64,000 nt of DNA from Octopus sinensis (GCF_006345805.1 NC_043008.1:38378001-38442000), one strand, 5' to 3'; positions 12,246 through 25,210 are shown, numbered from the stretch's first letter. Notes: generated by a model not told the origin, from the letters alone. Translations and numbers: made by a program.

Positions 12246-12413
12246 GTAGGAGTGGCTGTGTGGCAAGTAGCTTGCTTACCAACCACATGGTTCTGGGTTC
12301 AGTTGCACTGCTTGGCACCTTGAGCAAGTGTCTTCTACTATAGCCTCGGGCCGATCAAAGCCTTGTGAGTGGATTTGGTAGACGGAAACTGAAAGAAGCC
12401 CATCGTATATATG

Positions 12414-12450
<37 letters not shown>

Positions 12451-12656
12451 ATCTTTGTGTGCCTAAGTCTGTCCCCCCAACATCGCTTGAAAACCGATGC
12501 TGATGTGTTTATGTCCCCGTAACTTAGTGGTTCGGCAAAAGAGACTGATAGGATAAGTACTAGGCTTACAAAAAATAAGTCTTGGGGTCGATTTGCTTGA
12601 CTAAAGGTGGTGTTCCATTATGGCCACAGTCATATGACAGAAACAAATAAAAGAGT
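12246..12656 (+). mobile_element. Family-A tRNA/CORE-like SINE, near full length
   Basis: GTAGGAGTGGCTGTGTGG...GGCACCTTGAGCAAGTGTCTTCT (MIR/CORE-like)...internal (AT)/(GT)n...AAATAAAAGAGT; many homologous copies in the window. Confidence 0.9.
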
Positions 12657-13169
12657 AGCAGTTGCAATGATGTCGTTAACATTTCTTCAGGAGACCCTGA
12701 TTAAAAGAATCCCTTACCAACATCCCTAGCAATGGGTGCCACAAGCTTATTGTGGTGTGTGTATATTGTATAATGATTTAGAATGTGCAACACATGGTTG
12801 GTGTTTTCAAAGATAGGAGAATATTTGCTGGTCAACATATAATAACCCCCTTAGTTCACTTTGTACATTACTGGACAACTAAATTAGGTATTAGAGAACA
12901 GGACTTTAATATTAAATGTACTTGCTTAATGTTCCATATCTGAGAGAAAATTTGGCGAAATAGACGGAGAAAACAAAACCTATTATACTGTGAAGATCAA
13001 ACGATTTTCAAGGATGTGAATTTCATATCAGGTTATAAAAGAAGTTTCTATTCTAAGTAGCATTAACTACGAAGGTAATGAAATGCTTTTGCTGCTTTTA
13101 GACGGCTACCACTGTCTCTTCTCTTGATGACCATGTGTTTGGAGAAATAAATGAGTAAATCCTTCTCCG

Positions 13170-13495
13170 CTGCCTCCTCCTCCTTTTCCTCTTCCTCCTT
13201 ATCTTCATCATCGTCAACATTATCGTTGTCCTCATCCTCATCATCATCCTTATCATCAACAACATCATCATCTTCATTAACTTCATTGACATCATCCTCA
13301 TCCTCATCATTGTCATCATTATTGTTATCATCATCATCATCATCATCATCACCATCGTCATCATCATCCTCATCATCATCATCATCATCATCATCATCAC
13401 TATCTTCGTTACCATCATCCTCATCCTCATCATCATCATCATCATCATCATCATCACTATCATTGTTACCATCATTCTCATCGTAATCATCATCA
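13170..13495. repeat. Degenerate (TCA)n/(TCC)n microsatellite
   Basis: Direct reading; explains the poly-M and poly-S ORFs. Confidence 0.95.
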
Positions 13496-13901
13496 ACAGC
13501 GATGTAATACGAAAGACTGTCTTTTTACCATATTTCTGGAATAATATCTGTTGATATACAATAATCTTTCTTTAACAGCAGTTAGTTCTAATGGGGTAAT
13601 AATAGCAGGGTCTTTGTTGATGTTGTTGTCGTTGTTTTTACTGTTTTTGGGGGGTTCTTTTTTTTGCCTCAGTTCAAAGGCATTAGAATGGGGAGGTGTC
13701 AACCAACTCAACCAAATAAATGAAACTTAATAGCCAGAAAGTTATTGAGTTGATTCACACATATATCCAACACTTTGATAGAATTTTACTGATAAGAGAG
13801 AGAAAGAGCGAAAGAAAGAGAGAAAGAGAGAGAGGTGGGGAGGAGAGAGGCAAAGACAGAAGCAGAGAGAAGAGGGGCTTCTGCAAGCAAATAATTTTGG
13901 A

Positions 13902-13960
13902 ACAAGTGCCAAAAAATGCAAAAAAAGACAAGTGCCAAAAAATGCAAAAAAAGACAAGTG
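13902..13960. repeat. 26-bp tandem repeat, ~2.3 copies
   Basis: ACAAGTGCCAAAAAATGCAAAAAAAG starts at 13902 and 13928, with a partial copy at 13954. Confidence 0.9.
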
Positions 13961-14504
13961 TAAACAAATAGAAAATTTTTTTTTATATTATACCATAACA
14001 ATAGGCAATAGGAAAGGCATCAAGTCATAAATATTTGGTCTCAAACAAATATGACAATGAAATTAACAAATAGAAAAGAAATGTGAGAGCATAATAGTTA
14101 TAAAAACTGACTGATGCCAAACATGGAACAAGTGCAATGAATGAAGTTATTGTACGTTTATCTGTAAGGTCTGTTTTTTTTTTAATAATTTTGGTTCTTT
14201 TTTTTTCTTTTGCTTTTGTTTTTGCTTTATTTTTAATTGGATTCCTTAAATGTTTATATACCATATTTGATCTAATCTATTTGCTGGGCTGTCTAACTGC
14301 CAATATGAACAACGAGAGTTCTGTTAATAAATATCAGCCTTTAAACATTGAAAGAAAGGGCAGTTAATTCCTATTCTATATACAATAATGGACAGAGGAA
14401 CATAAAGGAATAATCTGACTTGATTTCAGTATTATCATAAACACTTAGGAGCAGTTTAAATGCAATCATTTGAAAAGAACTAGAATGTATCCATTAACAA
14501 AAAG

Positions 14505-15575
14505 GCAGATCAAGGTGATGGATTGGCAAAATCGTTAGGCTGGTGGACAAAATGTCATATGGTGTTTGTTCTAGCTGAATATGCTTTCAAAATCTCACTG
14601 GGTTCATCTCTGCTTTTCATATTTCTAGAGTCAATACAAATCAAGTACAGACTGAATATTAAGGTTGATTTTATCAACTAATTCATCTCTTCAAATGTCT
14701 GGCTTTGTGATTATGTAAGAAATAATTAAACATTTATTATAAAAGAGATTTAAGGCAGAGGACTGGTAGGATCATTATGGCATCAGAAAAAATGCCTTGC
14801 AGTATTTCATTTGGTTCTTTATGTTCTGAGTTCAAATCAAAGTGAGGCTAACATTACCTTTCATCCTCCTGGGTCAACAGAATAAAGTATCAGCCAAGTA
14901 CTGAGATTGGTTTAACTAACTAACTCTTCCATCCAAAGATATAGCATGAAAAAAAGTGCCTTGTGGTATTTGATTTAGTTTTTTACCTTATGAGTTGAAA
15001 TCCAACCAAAGCCAACCTTATCTTTCATCCTTCCATTGCCAATAAAATAAAGTACCATTCAAGCATTGGGGTTGATTCAATTTCTAAACTTACCATTCCA
15101 AATATCTGGCATTGTATTTTTTAGAAGCAATTGTTGTTAAATAGATTTAATGCAGATGATTAGCAGGATTGTTATACGAAAAAATGCCCTACCATACTTG
15201 ATTTGGCTTAGGGTTCAGAAAATGACCCAAGGTCAAATTTACCATTTGTCCTTTTTGAAGCCTTGTGCCAATTTCAGCAATTACTGTCAAATTTATTTTA
15301 TAGGTGATGTCTGCTTTCATTCTTAGTATTAGTACTGAAAACAAGATTAGAAGAGTATGACTATTATCCTTGGAAAAGTTGCAAGCTGGCAGAATCAGCA
15401 GCATGCCAAAATCATTTTGTCTGCCTTTATGTTCTGAGTTCAGATTCCACCAAGGTCAACTTTGCCTTTTATCTTTTGGGGTCAATAAGATAAGTATCAA
15501 TTGAGCACAGGGGCTGATATAATCGAATATTTCTCTCTGCACAAACTGTTAGGTCTTGTGCCTATTCTAGGAAGA
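14505..15575 (+). mobile_element. Cluster of about four same-strand decayed family-B SINEs
   Basis: Recurrent TTCTGAGTTCA(A/G)AT and CCTTTCATCC...GGGTCAA-AATAAAGTA motifs near 14505, 14750, 14955 and 15380. Confidence 0.65.
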
Positions 15576-16860
15576 ATTATTCTTGGAAAGTGAATTTATT
15601 AACCACACAGCCTTGTATATATATATATATGTGTGTGTGAATAAACTACTGGAGTATGTGCTATTGGTCTTATGTTTTTTAGTCACTGCTTGTATTTAAT
15701 CATGTTTCTAAGCAATTCATGGTATTCTACATAATCTCAGTTCACCCAACTATATCAAATCATAGGTACCAGAATGTCTGAGAACGAACATAGGCAGTAA
15801 CAGAGAGGGTTCAATGCCAGAGAGTGAAAGTAATATATTCTTGTCTGTTACGTGCTTTGAAGCTACAGCTAAGCGCTCACTCTTTGGAGACTTCTATGAA
15901 ACATTAGACGACATTTACTTTTACGTACAATAATAATACTGTTTAGAATAGTTTCCACGCAATAAAATCGGAAGCTTTCAAATAAAATACAATAGAATCT
16001 AATATAAAATGAAAAGAAAAGAGAATAATATAAAAGATAAACATTTTACATTTTTGAAATTAATAAGACTTATAATTAAACTGTCTTCAATTGGTATAAA
16101 AAAGGAATTTTATTACTTCAGCGAAACCATTATTTCAAATAAGTGAAATACAATAAAATATATATATAGAAAAAAAAATTATGTAAATTTAATTTTATTT
16201 TTCTTTCTCTTGTTAGTATCTTTGAATCAGTTGTTAAGTATTTTATGGGTAGTTTGTAAATTTAACTTGTCAGCATCATCATGCAGCTAGTATTAATGGT
16301 AATAAAAGCAAAAGACTTCTGGAATGACTAACTAAACCATGTAATTAGAGAATGTGACACCTTACTGTAAACTATGCTAAAGAGCTAATGTTTCTTCAAA
16401 TAAAAAATACAAAACAAAACAAAACTATTTAAATTTACTGACAACCAACAAATACATGAGAACCAAAACCAACCAACAACCAACCAACCATTGTATTAAT
16501 AGAAATTTTTTAATCCATTGATACATAGTATGGAAATATAATAATACATGACAGCCACATCAACGAACAAACAGCCATTGTATTAATAGAAATACTTTTA
16601 TCCTATGATCTATAAATACAGAAATTTCCATTTTGCAGCATATTTTGAGAGAAAGCGAATATAGGTTTATTATACTCATTCTTTTTTCTGTTTCAGTCAT
16701 TGGATTGTGGTCATGCAAGGACACTGCCTTCAAAGGCTCAGTAGAACAAATCAATACATATTTCCATGGAAGACTAGAAATGAACGACCCCGCTTGTATA
16801 ACAGTAATACTTGTTTACAATATCAGACAAGATCAAGACAAGGAGGTACTAACAAATACA

Positions 16861-17584
16861 TACAAAGGGATACCAAAAAGTTCCCAGATTAGTTCTGTTG
16901 GGCACCAGCCAACAGACGGTAGTACACAGTTGCATGAGCAGTGAGAGCTAGCAGTGACCTCCAAGTGACATCACTGTATTTACTTCAGAAGTTGTGAAAT
17001 TTGTATTTTTGTGATCATGTGTATGCTGTGGCCTGTGATTTTGTCATGGACAAGAAGTTGGAACAAAGAGCTAATGTGATACTGAGCATGCATCAGCAAG
17101 CTTACAGTGACAAGGCAATGGGTCATACACAATGTTTCAAGTGGCAGGGCCTCTTCGAAAGTGGAAGAACATCCCTGAAAGATGATAAACAATCTGGAAG
17201 ACCTACCATGACCATCACCCCCTGGATATGTAGAGAAAATTCCTCAGCTTATGCATGAGGATCGTTGGAGGACAATCTATGATATTGCTTATGTTGTTGG
17301 CTTGTCGTATGGGTTTGTGAAGGCAATCCTAATGTCTGAACTGAATATGGGGTGTGTCTCTGCCAAGTTTGTCCCCTGCCTGCTGACCACTGAGCAGAAA
17401 GAACATCATGTCATAGTCTGTCAAGATCTCTGTCAACATGTCACTGATGACCCTTCCTTAATATCAAGGATCATGACCAGTGATGAGAGCTAGGTCAACA
17501 CATATGACCCTGAGATGAAACAGAAGTCATCACAATGGAAGAGCTCTTCATCTCCATGACCTAAGAGGGCACAACAGAGTCGCC
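16861..17584 (+). mobile_element. Decayed mariner, 5' TIR through the first catalytic Asp
   Basis: TA+CAAAGGGATACCAAAAAGTTCC TIR-like; ATG 17046 MDKKLEQRANV...QCFKW...SGRP; HEDRWRTI...VSAKFVPCLLTTEQK...IMTSDES*VNTYDPEMKQKSSQW. Confidence 0.9.
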
Positions 17585-18249
17585 AAGGTCTCAAAGACTG
17601 GGAATGAACCTTGAAGCATGTGGTTGGAAAGCAAACTTCTTACCTACACAGCCAGGTCAAAGATTATTTTATTTTCTTTTTCCAATTTAATGCATAATGT
17701 CAAATGAAACAAAAGACTAGTGGCAGTATGTCGACCATTGGTTACCAAAAGAAGAAATTTAGCCTAAACACCCTGCATAAGCAAACAACATGCTCACAGA
17801 ATCTGAAAAAGATACCCTGCCAACCTGATTTTTAACATCCTTGCTGAAGTGAATAGCGAGAAATCCAGCAAATATTCTTTTAGCGAAGAAGGGTTAATGA
17901 GGCAATAAAAAGAAATTGAAAGCAATAATGTCACACCTAGAAATGAAAGAACCTATTGTATTAGGCTTTATCAACGAATTTGCTATTATTTTAACGTCTC
18001 AACATTGTCAGCTATAACTATATATAAAAAAGGGTGCTTGTAATTCAAAAATGAAAACATGAAAATCACCATATGATCAAGTGTGTGTGTGAGAGAGGGA
18101 GAATGAGAAGGAGAGAGGTTGCGGGGATAAATGTGCATTTGTGTATGTACATGGTGTGCATGCATGTATGTGTTTGACTGTTGTGTGTGTTATGTGTTGT
18201 GCATGTGCATGTGTATGCATCTATACATGCATGCGTATTTGTGTAAGTG

Positions 18250-18309
<60 letters not shown>

Positions 18310-19329
18310 TGCGTGTATGTGCATGGGTGCATATATTCTCAATTAACCATTTATATTTTATGAACACTTGGTTTGTACATAAAAATTTCTGCATCTGAAT
18401 TCTATACAAAGTTTTTTTTCTCTTCTCCAACCAGGAAACCTCTCAGAAGAAAATTAAAAGATTTTCTTGTTCATGAAACTGGTTTCATATTTATTTGATT
18501 TTTCTCAATATATTTAAAAAAACTAATTTGAAAATAATTTAACACACCGTCCTCGTTGCAACCTTAAAGAAAATGAAAATATCAATAACTTTTTAAAACC
18601 AAAAAGATAAATTGCACACACACATACACACACACAAGCACACACACAAAAACAAAAACACTTTTTGATTTAATGAAAATACACAAAATATAAATAAATA
18701 AAAGAAATGTTTCATTTCTAAATAAGATTAGAAGGATTAAAATATATTGCCTCATGCTTCAGGAAGAAGTTTATAGAACTAGAAGAGGTAAATAGCTTAA
18801 AAGGTCGATGCTTGTTAATATTATTTGTACTTAAAATTGATTACAGTTTTCTTTGGTGAAAACAATGGAATCTGAAAGCCAATGAAGTGACAAAAGATTT
18901 CTCATTCAAATTTAAAGGACACCAGCCATTTGTGTAAATAAACACCACACAATATATTGTTGTTTAGCTACAGATCATCCACAGGCCCACATTATAGTTT
19001 TGTTCTTACAAGCTTATTCTCCTCAGATTTTTAACTTATCACGTTTATTAATTAATACAGTAAAGTGTGAGAAGACGAAGATTTGAAGGCTATTTGACAG
19101 CTGATCAATTGACCATGCAAAATTTCCCTCAGCTGGTCTTTCATAACTTAATGGGTGATACCAGGGCCAAGGTTGCTACAATAACTCCAACCAAATGCAT
19201 GACACTAGAATTTTGAAGTTTTTAAGTTCATGACGGCTACACTCATATGACAGTAGTAATAAATAATGAACGAGGAATTATTCAGAAAATTTTTTTAAAT
19301 ACAAGTCTTTCTGGCTGGAGAGGATTACT

Positions 19330-19753
19330 GCTGGAAATTCCTAGCTGCAGGAAAGAGTCAGAAGTGGTTGTCAGAGAATTTCTATGATTCCCCAGCCCTA
19401 AATCCTAGCCTCTTAATTCCCTCAATTTTAATTTCATGGATTACCACGGGTGGTCCACAGTTGAGAAAGACACGAACTGCCTACAACTCCAAGGCTGATC
19501 TGTTGGCCAAGATCAAGAAGGTGTTTGAATATCTTCTCAGGGGCACAATGAGAAATGCACACACCAGGTTCCAGAGGCCATCTTAAGGTCATAATGGAGA
19601 CTGAAGGCTGCTACATTGAAAAAAACTGTTATTTCCCAGCCCTAATTTAGTTGATATTTTTTTTTATTTTTTAAAAAATACTTTAACTTTGGATGAGATA
19701 TGGTGTTTTTTTTACCTTTTATGAAAACTGTGAAATTTAGCCCAAACACCCTT
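19330..19753 (+). mobile_element. Decayed Tc1/mariner-superfamily 3' end, maT/DD37D-like, with right TIR
   Basis: Frameshifted KSQKWLSENFYD / NSLNFNFMDYHGWSTVEKDTN (cf. NSPDLNPMDYxVW) / KADLLAKIKKVFE...RF / VIMETEGCYIE; GAAATTTAGCCCAAACACCCT at 19732-19752 is the reverse complement of an AGGGTG-type TIR. Confidence 0.75.
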
Positions 19754-22189
19754 CATAAACAAACAACACGTTCACAGAATCTGACAAGTGATATAAGTTG
19801 TTTATTTAAAGTGTTATTTTCAAATCTTCAGAGAATCTAATTTTGCTGGAAGCATAGATAGTATCAATATAAATTACTTGTAATTTAAATTTGAGATGAA
19901 ATCATAAAATATTTTATCTTTTAGTAGAATAAGAAGAGAAAATGAAGCTGATATTTGGCAGAATTTGCCTAAATAGTTAAAGAAGTGAGGACCAATCCAC
20001 CTTTAGATAAGTTGTTTGCTGAAAATGACTCGATTAAAGTAAAATGACACCGTTTGGCACAAAGTGAACATTGCGGTGCCAATGTGGCGGAATGCCGAAA
20101 CAAGTTAACCAATTTACTTGCTAGAATGCTAATATCTCAAATGAAGTTTAACAGACTCTTTTAAAAACATGTCATCTAATTGCTCATTTATCAATTTTAA
20201 CTATGTTCTGATATTGCAAAATTACAAATTTATAGAATGCTTTTATCAAAACCTACGTGATAATCATTGATTTTCCTATAAATTCATTCAAACTATACAG
20301 CAATTAGCTTTATATATTTTCAATATACTATGGTATTTACTGTTTACTATTTAAAATTGAATAAATCTCAATTTCAGCAATATATTTCATAATTTATAAT
20401 TGTCATTTTTGTAGCTTTTCCTAATTTTAGTGTTAAAGAAATCCATACTTGGCTGTGATGCCAGTAAGATTATACACCGTTAGTTCCGTGTTAGTGAATA
20501 ATTCAAAAATAAAGTAATCATCGTATTTTAGTAACATATTATTAGTAATGATATCTATTTGTAATTAGCTTCGATAATAGTAGTGCATAGTCAAGAACGA
20601 GACACATTAATCAGATTGTGTGGCTAGCAAAGCCATTCCTCTCTCACTTACCACGTAAATTATCTGTAGTGTAAACAGGAGAGCCAGCTAGCAGCAAAAA
20701 TGTAAATTATTTAAACAATATGCATTATATAAAACAGTAAAAATAACCCAGCTAACTTATGTTTAAAGAATAAAGCAGAAATCAAATATATATTATAGTA
20801 ACCATAAAAAATGACAACATCTATTTTGGCTTTCTTTCAGTTCAATCTTAATCTTTCTGTTCCAACCCTTGCTCCATTTTCTCTTTGCATTTCATTTGGT
20901 TTTCTTTTAGCTATTCTTTTATTCCTCAACTTTTCTTCCTCTATTTTTTTTTTTGTGTTGCATGTTATTTTGCAGCTCTTCTCCCAAATTCACCTCAAAG
21001 CATTGACTTCTGATTATTGTTGCATTTTACAGCAGCTAGAAGTCAGGCAGTTTCTCTTGGACTTTGAATTTCTTTGTTTCCCTTGCAATTCCTTGCTGTG
21101 TATTTGTAAAACCGTTTTTTAACACTTTGTTATTCTTATGCTCTAGCTTGCTTTTCACCTTGCTTTATTTCCATTGACACTTAAACATCGATATTGCTTC
21201 TCTTCAACTCTATATACATAATTCTCTTTTCTTTTGTCTTTCAATAAAAAATATATATGTATGTGTGTGTCTGTATGTGAATGATGATGAGAGGAAGAGC
21301 CTCGTTTGGGTTATAGAAAATCTGCCTCTATAAGTATGAAAAACAGGCATAAAACGATGATGATGATGATGAAGAGGAGGAGGAGGGGAAAAAGATCTAC
21401 TGAATCCAGACGCATTCTATGTATACATATGCACACCCATGTAGCAACCAACAACCACAGCTTTGGCCTTTATAAACTACAATTCCAGTCTTATATTCTG
21501 AAGACTACTATTCACACACACACATGCAGATAACACAAATAAAAAAACTCAAGTTCTACATACATGGTTTTTTTTATTTCAATCTCTGCATTTCATTCAC
21601 TTTCACCCCAGTCTGTGTTTAACGAGCAAATTTCAGTTTTTTTTTCTGATTATCTCATTATTCTCTAGTACCATTTTAGTGAACATTTCAGAGAAAATTA
21701 CAAGTCCCGCAACGGAAGAAACAAAATCTTGACTTCTAAGTTAGTCTGATAATAATTGCTATACATGAAACTTTTGGTCATTTGAGTAACTTTGTAACAT
21801 TTCTGCCAACTAAAAAATTTCATATCTACATGTGTCTGTAAGCTTACATGTGTGCATATGTAAAAATATATATATACATGTTTGCTTGTATGCATGTGTA
21901 CATGTATGTGTACATACTTACATACATATACGTTCTGACCATGGTCATACGCAAATGCTTTTATTACAAAGTAAAGCAATATATGTATTTACAAAGCTAT
22001 TCAATCATTTTTTCCCCCAAATACATTTGATTTCAAGATTTCAATCAGTTAAATTCAACTGAAATTGCCTACAGAACAACTTAGAGAAAATATATAAATA
22101 TTTTTTCTTCGTTTTTTTTCTTTTTGTTCTTTTTATGTGAATGACACAAAATCTCAAAAATGAGATAAAAAATATATTAACAACAACAA

Positions 22190-22221
22190 CAATGACAACT
22201 ATAGTAATAATAATAATAGTA

Positions 22222-22267
<46 letters not shown>

Positions 22268-22439
22268 TAATAATAGTAATAATAATAATAGCAACAACAA
22301 CAACTATACTGATAACAGAAGCATATTTTATGTATATAGAGATATATCATTTCTTAAAATATATTAAAGCTGTCTGTAAATTTTATTGCCAGGAAATAAT
22401 TTTTATAGAGTACTGTCAGTTACAAATAATATATAAGCA

Positions 22440-22506
<67 letters not shown>

Positions 22507-22600
22507 TATATATATGTACGTATTACGTATGTATATATGGTATATATGTATGTATGTATTATGTATGTGTGTATGTATGTATGTGTGTATAAAATGAAGA
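22190..22600. repeat. (AAT)n, (AT)n and (TATG)n microsatellites
   Basis: Direct reading. Confidence 0.9.
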
Positions 22601-24074
22601 GGAGAAACTACACAAAAGTATTCAATTTGAGTTACTATTCTCTGATATATCTGTAAATACAGTTACCATGGTCTGGTGGTTTCACCATAGAATGGTCATC
22701 AAGAGATTTGTTTTGTCTCTTAAATAGACGCTATTAGCGATCTAAGTAAGTAAACATAATCTTCATAAGATCAAATAGTCACTCTTTTATTTTGCTTTCT
22801 TCCATTCCATTTTTTTAATGTTTTTGTTTTCTATTCTTTTGTGTATGAAGTTAATGCAATGTCTATTTGGCTTATATATGTTTTAATTCAATTCTTTCTC
22901 ATTTTTTTTATTTGTTATTTATTCATTTATTTATTTATTTATTTTCTGAGAATAAGTCTTATCTTGATAATGCATTGATATGATTAAATTGCAATATAAT
23001 TAAGTTATTGATTTAATGTAAGATCAGTTTCCTTTCTGTGCAATTATTAAATTCTGATGAAGAATGTATTTTTCTCCTCTTTTCCATCTTATGTGTTGTT
23101 GGACAATCAAATGCCAGCAAAAACACACAAAAAAAAACAAAAAAAAACAAAAGAAAACATAGTAAAAGAGAAAGAATGAGAATAAGGAACAAACAAAAAT
23201 ATCAGGAGAAAAAGATCAAACGTAATTTCATCACAGTTAGTGTTTCTCAATAAATATTCAGAGGAAATAATGAAGTTATTTTCATAATATGACTTGCATT
23301 CTCCTATGTTATGTTCTGCTACAAGTTGTAGATGCCTACTGATGTCAAATGAAGATGTGCCAGAAGTCAAAGTACTGCTCTATGGCAACACATTCACAAG
23401 AGCTACACAAGGAACAATGACCTGACAAGAATATTTCTATTGCAAATTCAGTAACTTGCTTCTTTCCTTTCTTTCTTTTTATTGTTGTTTTTGTTTTTGT
23501 CCCCTCCCCATTGACACTTATGGAACACACAAAATTTATATATCTATTAATGCTTATTCTGGTCTCCTTTGAAGTTATTCTAGTCATGAAAAATACATAC
23601 ATAGAAATTTACACACAAAAAAAGTCCCATAATTACACATAATGAACAAAAACATAGGGAACACTGTACATTATTAAACTTATAGCTTAGTGATAAAAGT
23701 CTTTTGAAAACAGTTTGATCATCAATAGCACTGTAGACAGTAGGATGGTTGTTTTGTTGAGATGGTTTATGAATAAATGTTTTCTAATAATAAATTATTT
23801 ATCACCTCGTTAGAATTTTTTTGACCAATTTTGAAATTATTTATGGCTTCATACTTGCACAACGATAAAATATTTAGAAATTGCCCATTCCTTTTAAGTG
23901 CATGTATAACATTAGAGTTACCTTTAATTACATTTAATTAGACTAACAATTTGTTTCTTTGTGAAAGGTAAATTGCTGCAAACAGCAGCACGGTACTTAA
24001 ACCTTATTAAGATCAAATTTCCAATTACAAATTAGAGGAGGTACATTAGTCTTGGTGTTTACAATCTGTTATAA

Positions 24075-24856
24075 TGGTGGCATGATAAAGTTCACCTAGT
24101 CTCTCCATGTTGAGCAGGTACTCCACGTTCAGGGACCACAGTTCCAAAATAGAAGAACCCCAAAAATAGGTGTAGGAGTGGCTGTGTGGTAAGTAGCTTG
24201 CTTACGAATCAAATGGTTCTGGGTTCAGTGCCACAGCGTGGCACCTTGGGCAAGTGTCTTCTACTATAGCCTCAGGTCAAGCAAAGCCTTGTGAGTGGAT
24301 TTGGCAGACAGAAAATGAAAGCCCATCGTATATATGTATGCATGTGTGTGTATATATATATGTATGTATTTATGTATTTATGTGTGCGTATATATTTGTG
24401 TGTTTGTCCCCCCAACATCGTTTGACAACCGATGCTGGTGTGTTTATGTCCCTGTAACCTAACGGTTTGGCAAAAGAGACTGATAGAATAAGTACTAGGC
24501 TTACAAAGAATAAGTCCTGGGGTCGATTTGCTCGACTAAAAGGCGGTGCTCCAACATGGCCACAGTCAAATGACTGAAACAAGTAAAAGAGTATGGGATT
24601 AGAACGTTGGAAGAGAGAATTGCAAGACAGTTTCTTCAAGCCAAGCCAACCAGCAGCAAACCTACAGACAGGCCAAGAATGAAATGGTTATATAATACTC
24701 ATTGTTTTACTTGTCATGCTTGGAAACCCATCCAGAAAATTTGATGCTGGTTTCTTCAGACAGGACCCTATGGAAGAAGTTCTTGAGGACTCAGCCTCCA
24801 TGAACTCCACCAGAAACTGAAAGCAGAAAAGCCAGAGGGATGGATGGATGGATGGA
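24075..24856 (+). mobile_element. 3' end of an RTE-like LINE, interrupted by a family-A SINE
   Basis: SLHVEQVLHVQGPQF before the SINE; after it YGIRTLEERIARQFLQAKPTSSKPTDRPRMKWL (cf. RPRGRPxxRW) and frameshifted SDRTLWKKFLRTQPP*; (GGAT)n tail. Confidence 0.6.
24172..24593 (+). mobile_element. Family-A SINE, full length
   Basis: GTAGGAGTGGCTGTGTGGTAAG...GGCACCTTGGGCAAGTG...AAGTAAAAGAGT. Confidence 0.92.
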
Positions 24857-24869
24857 TAAATGGATTCTT

Positions 24870-25210
24870 TTCTTTTTCTATTCTAGGCACAAGGCCCGAA
24901 ATTTTGTGGGAGGGGGCCAGTCGATTAGATCGACCCTAGTACACAAGACGTCGTTAATTTATCGACCCCAAAAGGATGAAATGCAAAGTTGACCTTGACG
25001 GAATTTGAACTCAGAACATAGCGGTAGATGAAATACCTATTTCTTTACTACCCACAAGGGGCTAAACACAGAGAGGACAAACAAGGACAGACAAACGTAT
25101 TAAGTCGATTATATCGACCCCAGTGCATAACTGGTAGTTATTTAATTGACCCCGAAAGGATGAAAGGCAAAGTCGACCTCGGCAGAATTTGAACTCAGAA
25201 TGTAGCGAGA
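24870..25210 (-). mobile_element. Tandem dimer of 5'-truncated family-B SINEs
   Basis: Two GACCCC(G/A)AAAGGATGAAA-GCAAAGT-GACC...GAACTCAGAA modules; junction at 25030-25045 (GAAATACCTATTTCTTT). Confidence 0.85.

Noticed and set aside
15852-15893. 42-nt minus exon candidate (KSPKSERLAVASKH) and overlapping plus ORF (...KRSLFGDFYETLDDIYFYVQ*)
   Set aside because: Weak donor, no recognisable homology, two incompatible readings.
17880-17897. GAAGGGTTAA piggyBac-like right end (a similar one lies near 38895)
   Set aside because: No matching left TIR found.
23107-23602. Protein-looking short ORFs (TSGTSSFDISRHL..., CLLMSNEDVPEVKVLLYG...)
   Set aside because: No recognisable domain and no consistent splice pair.
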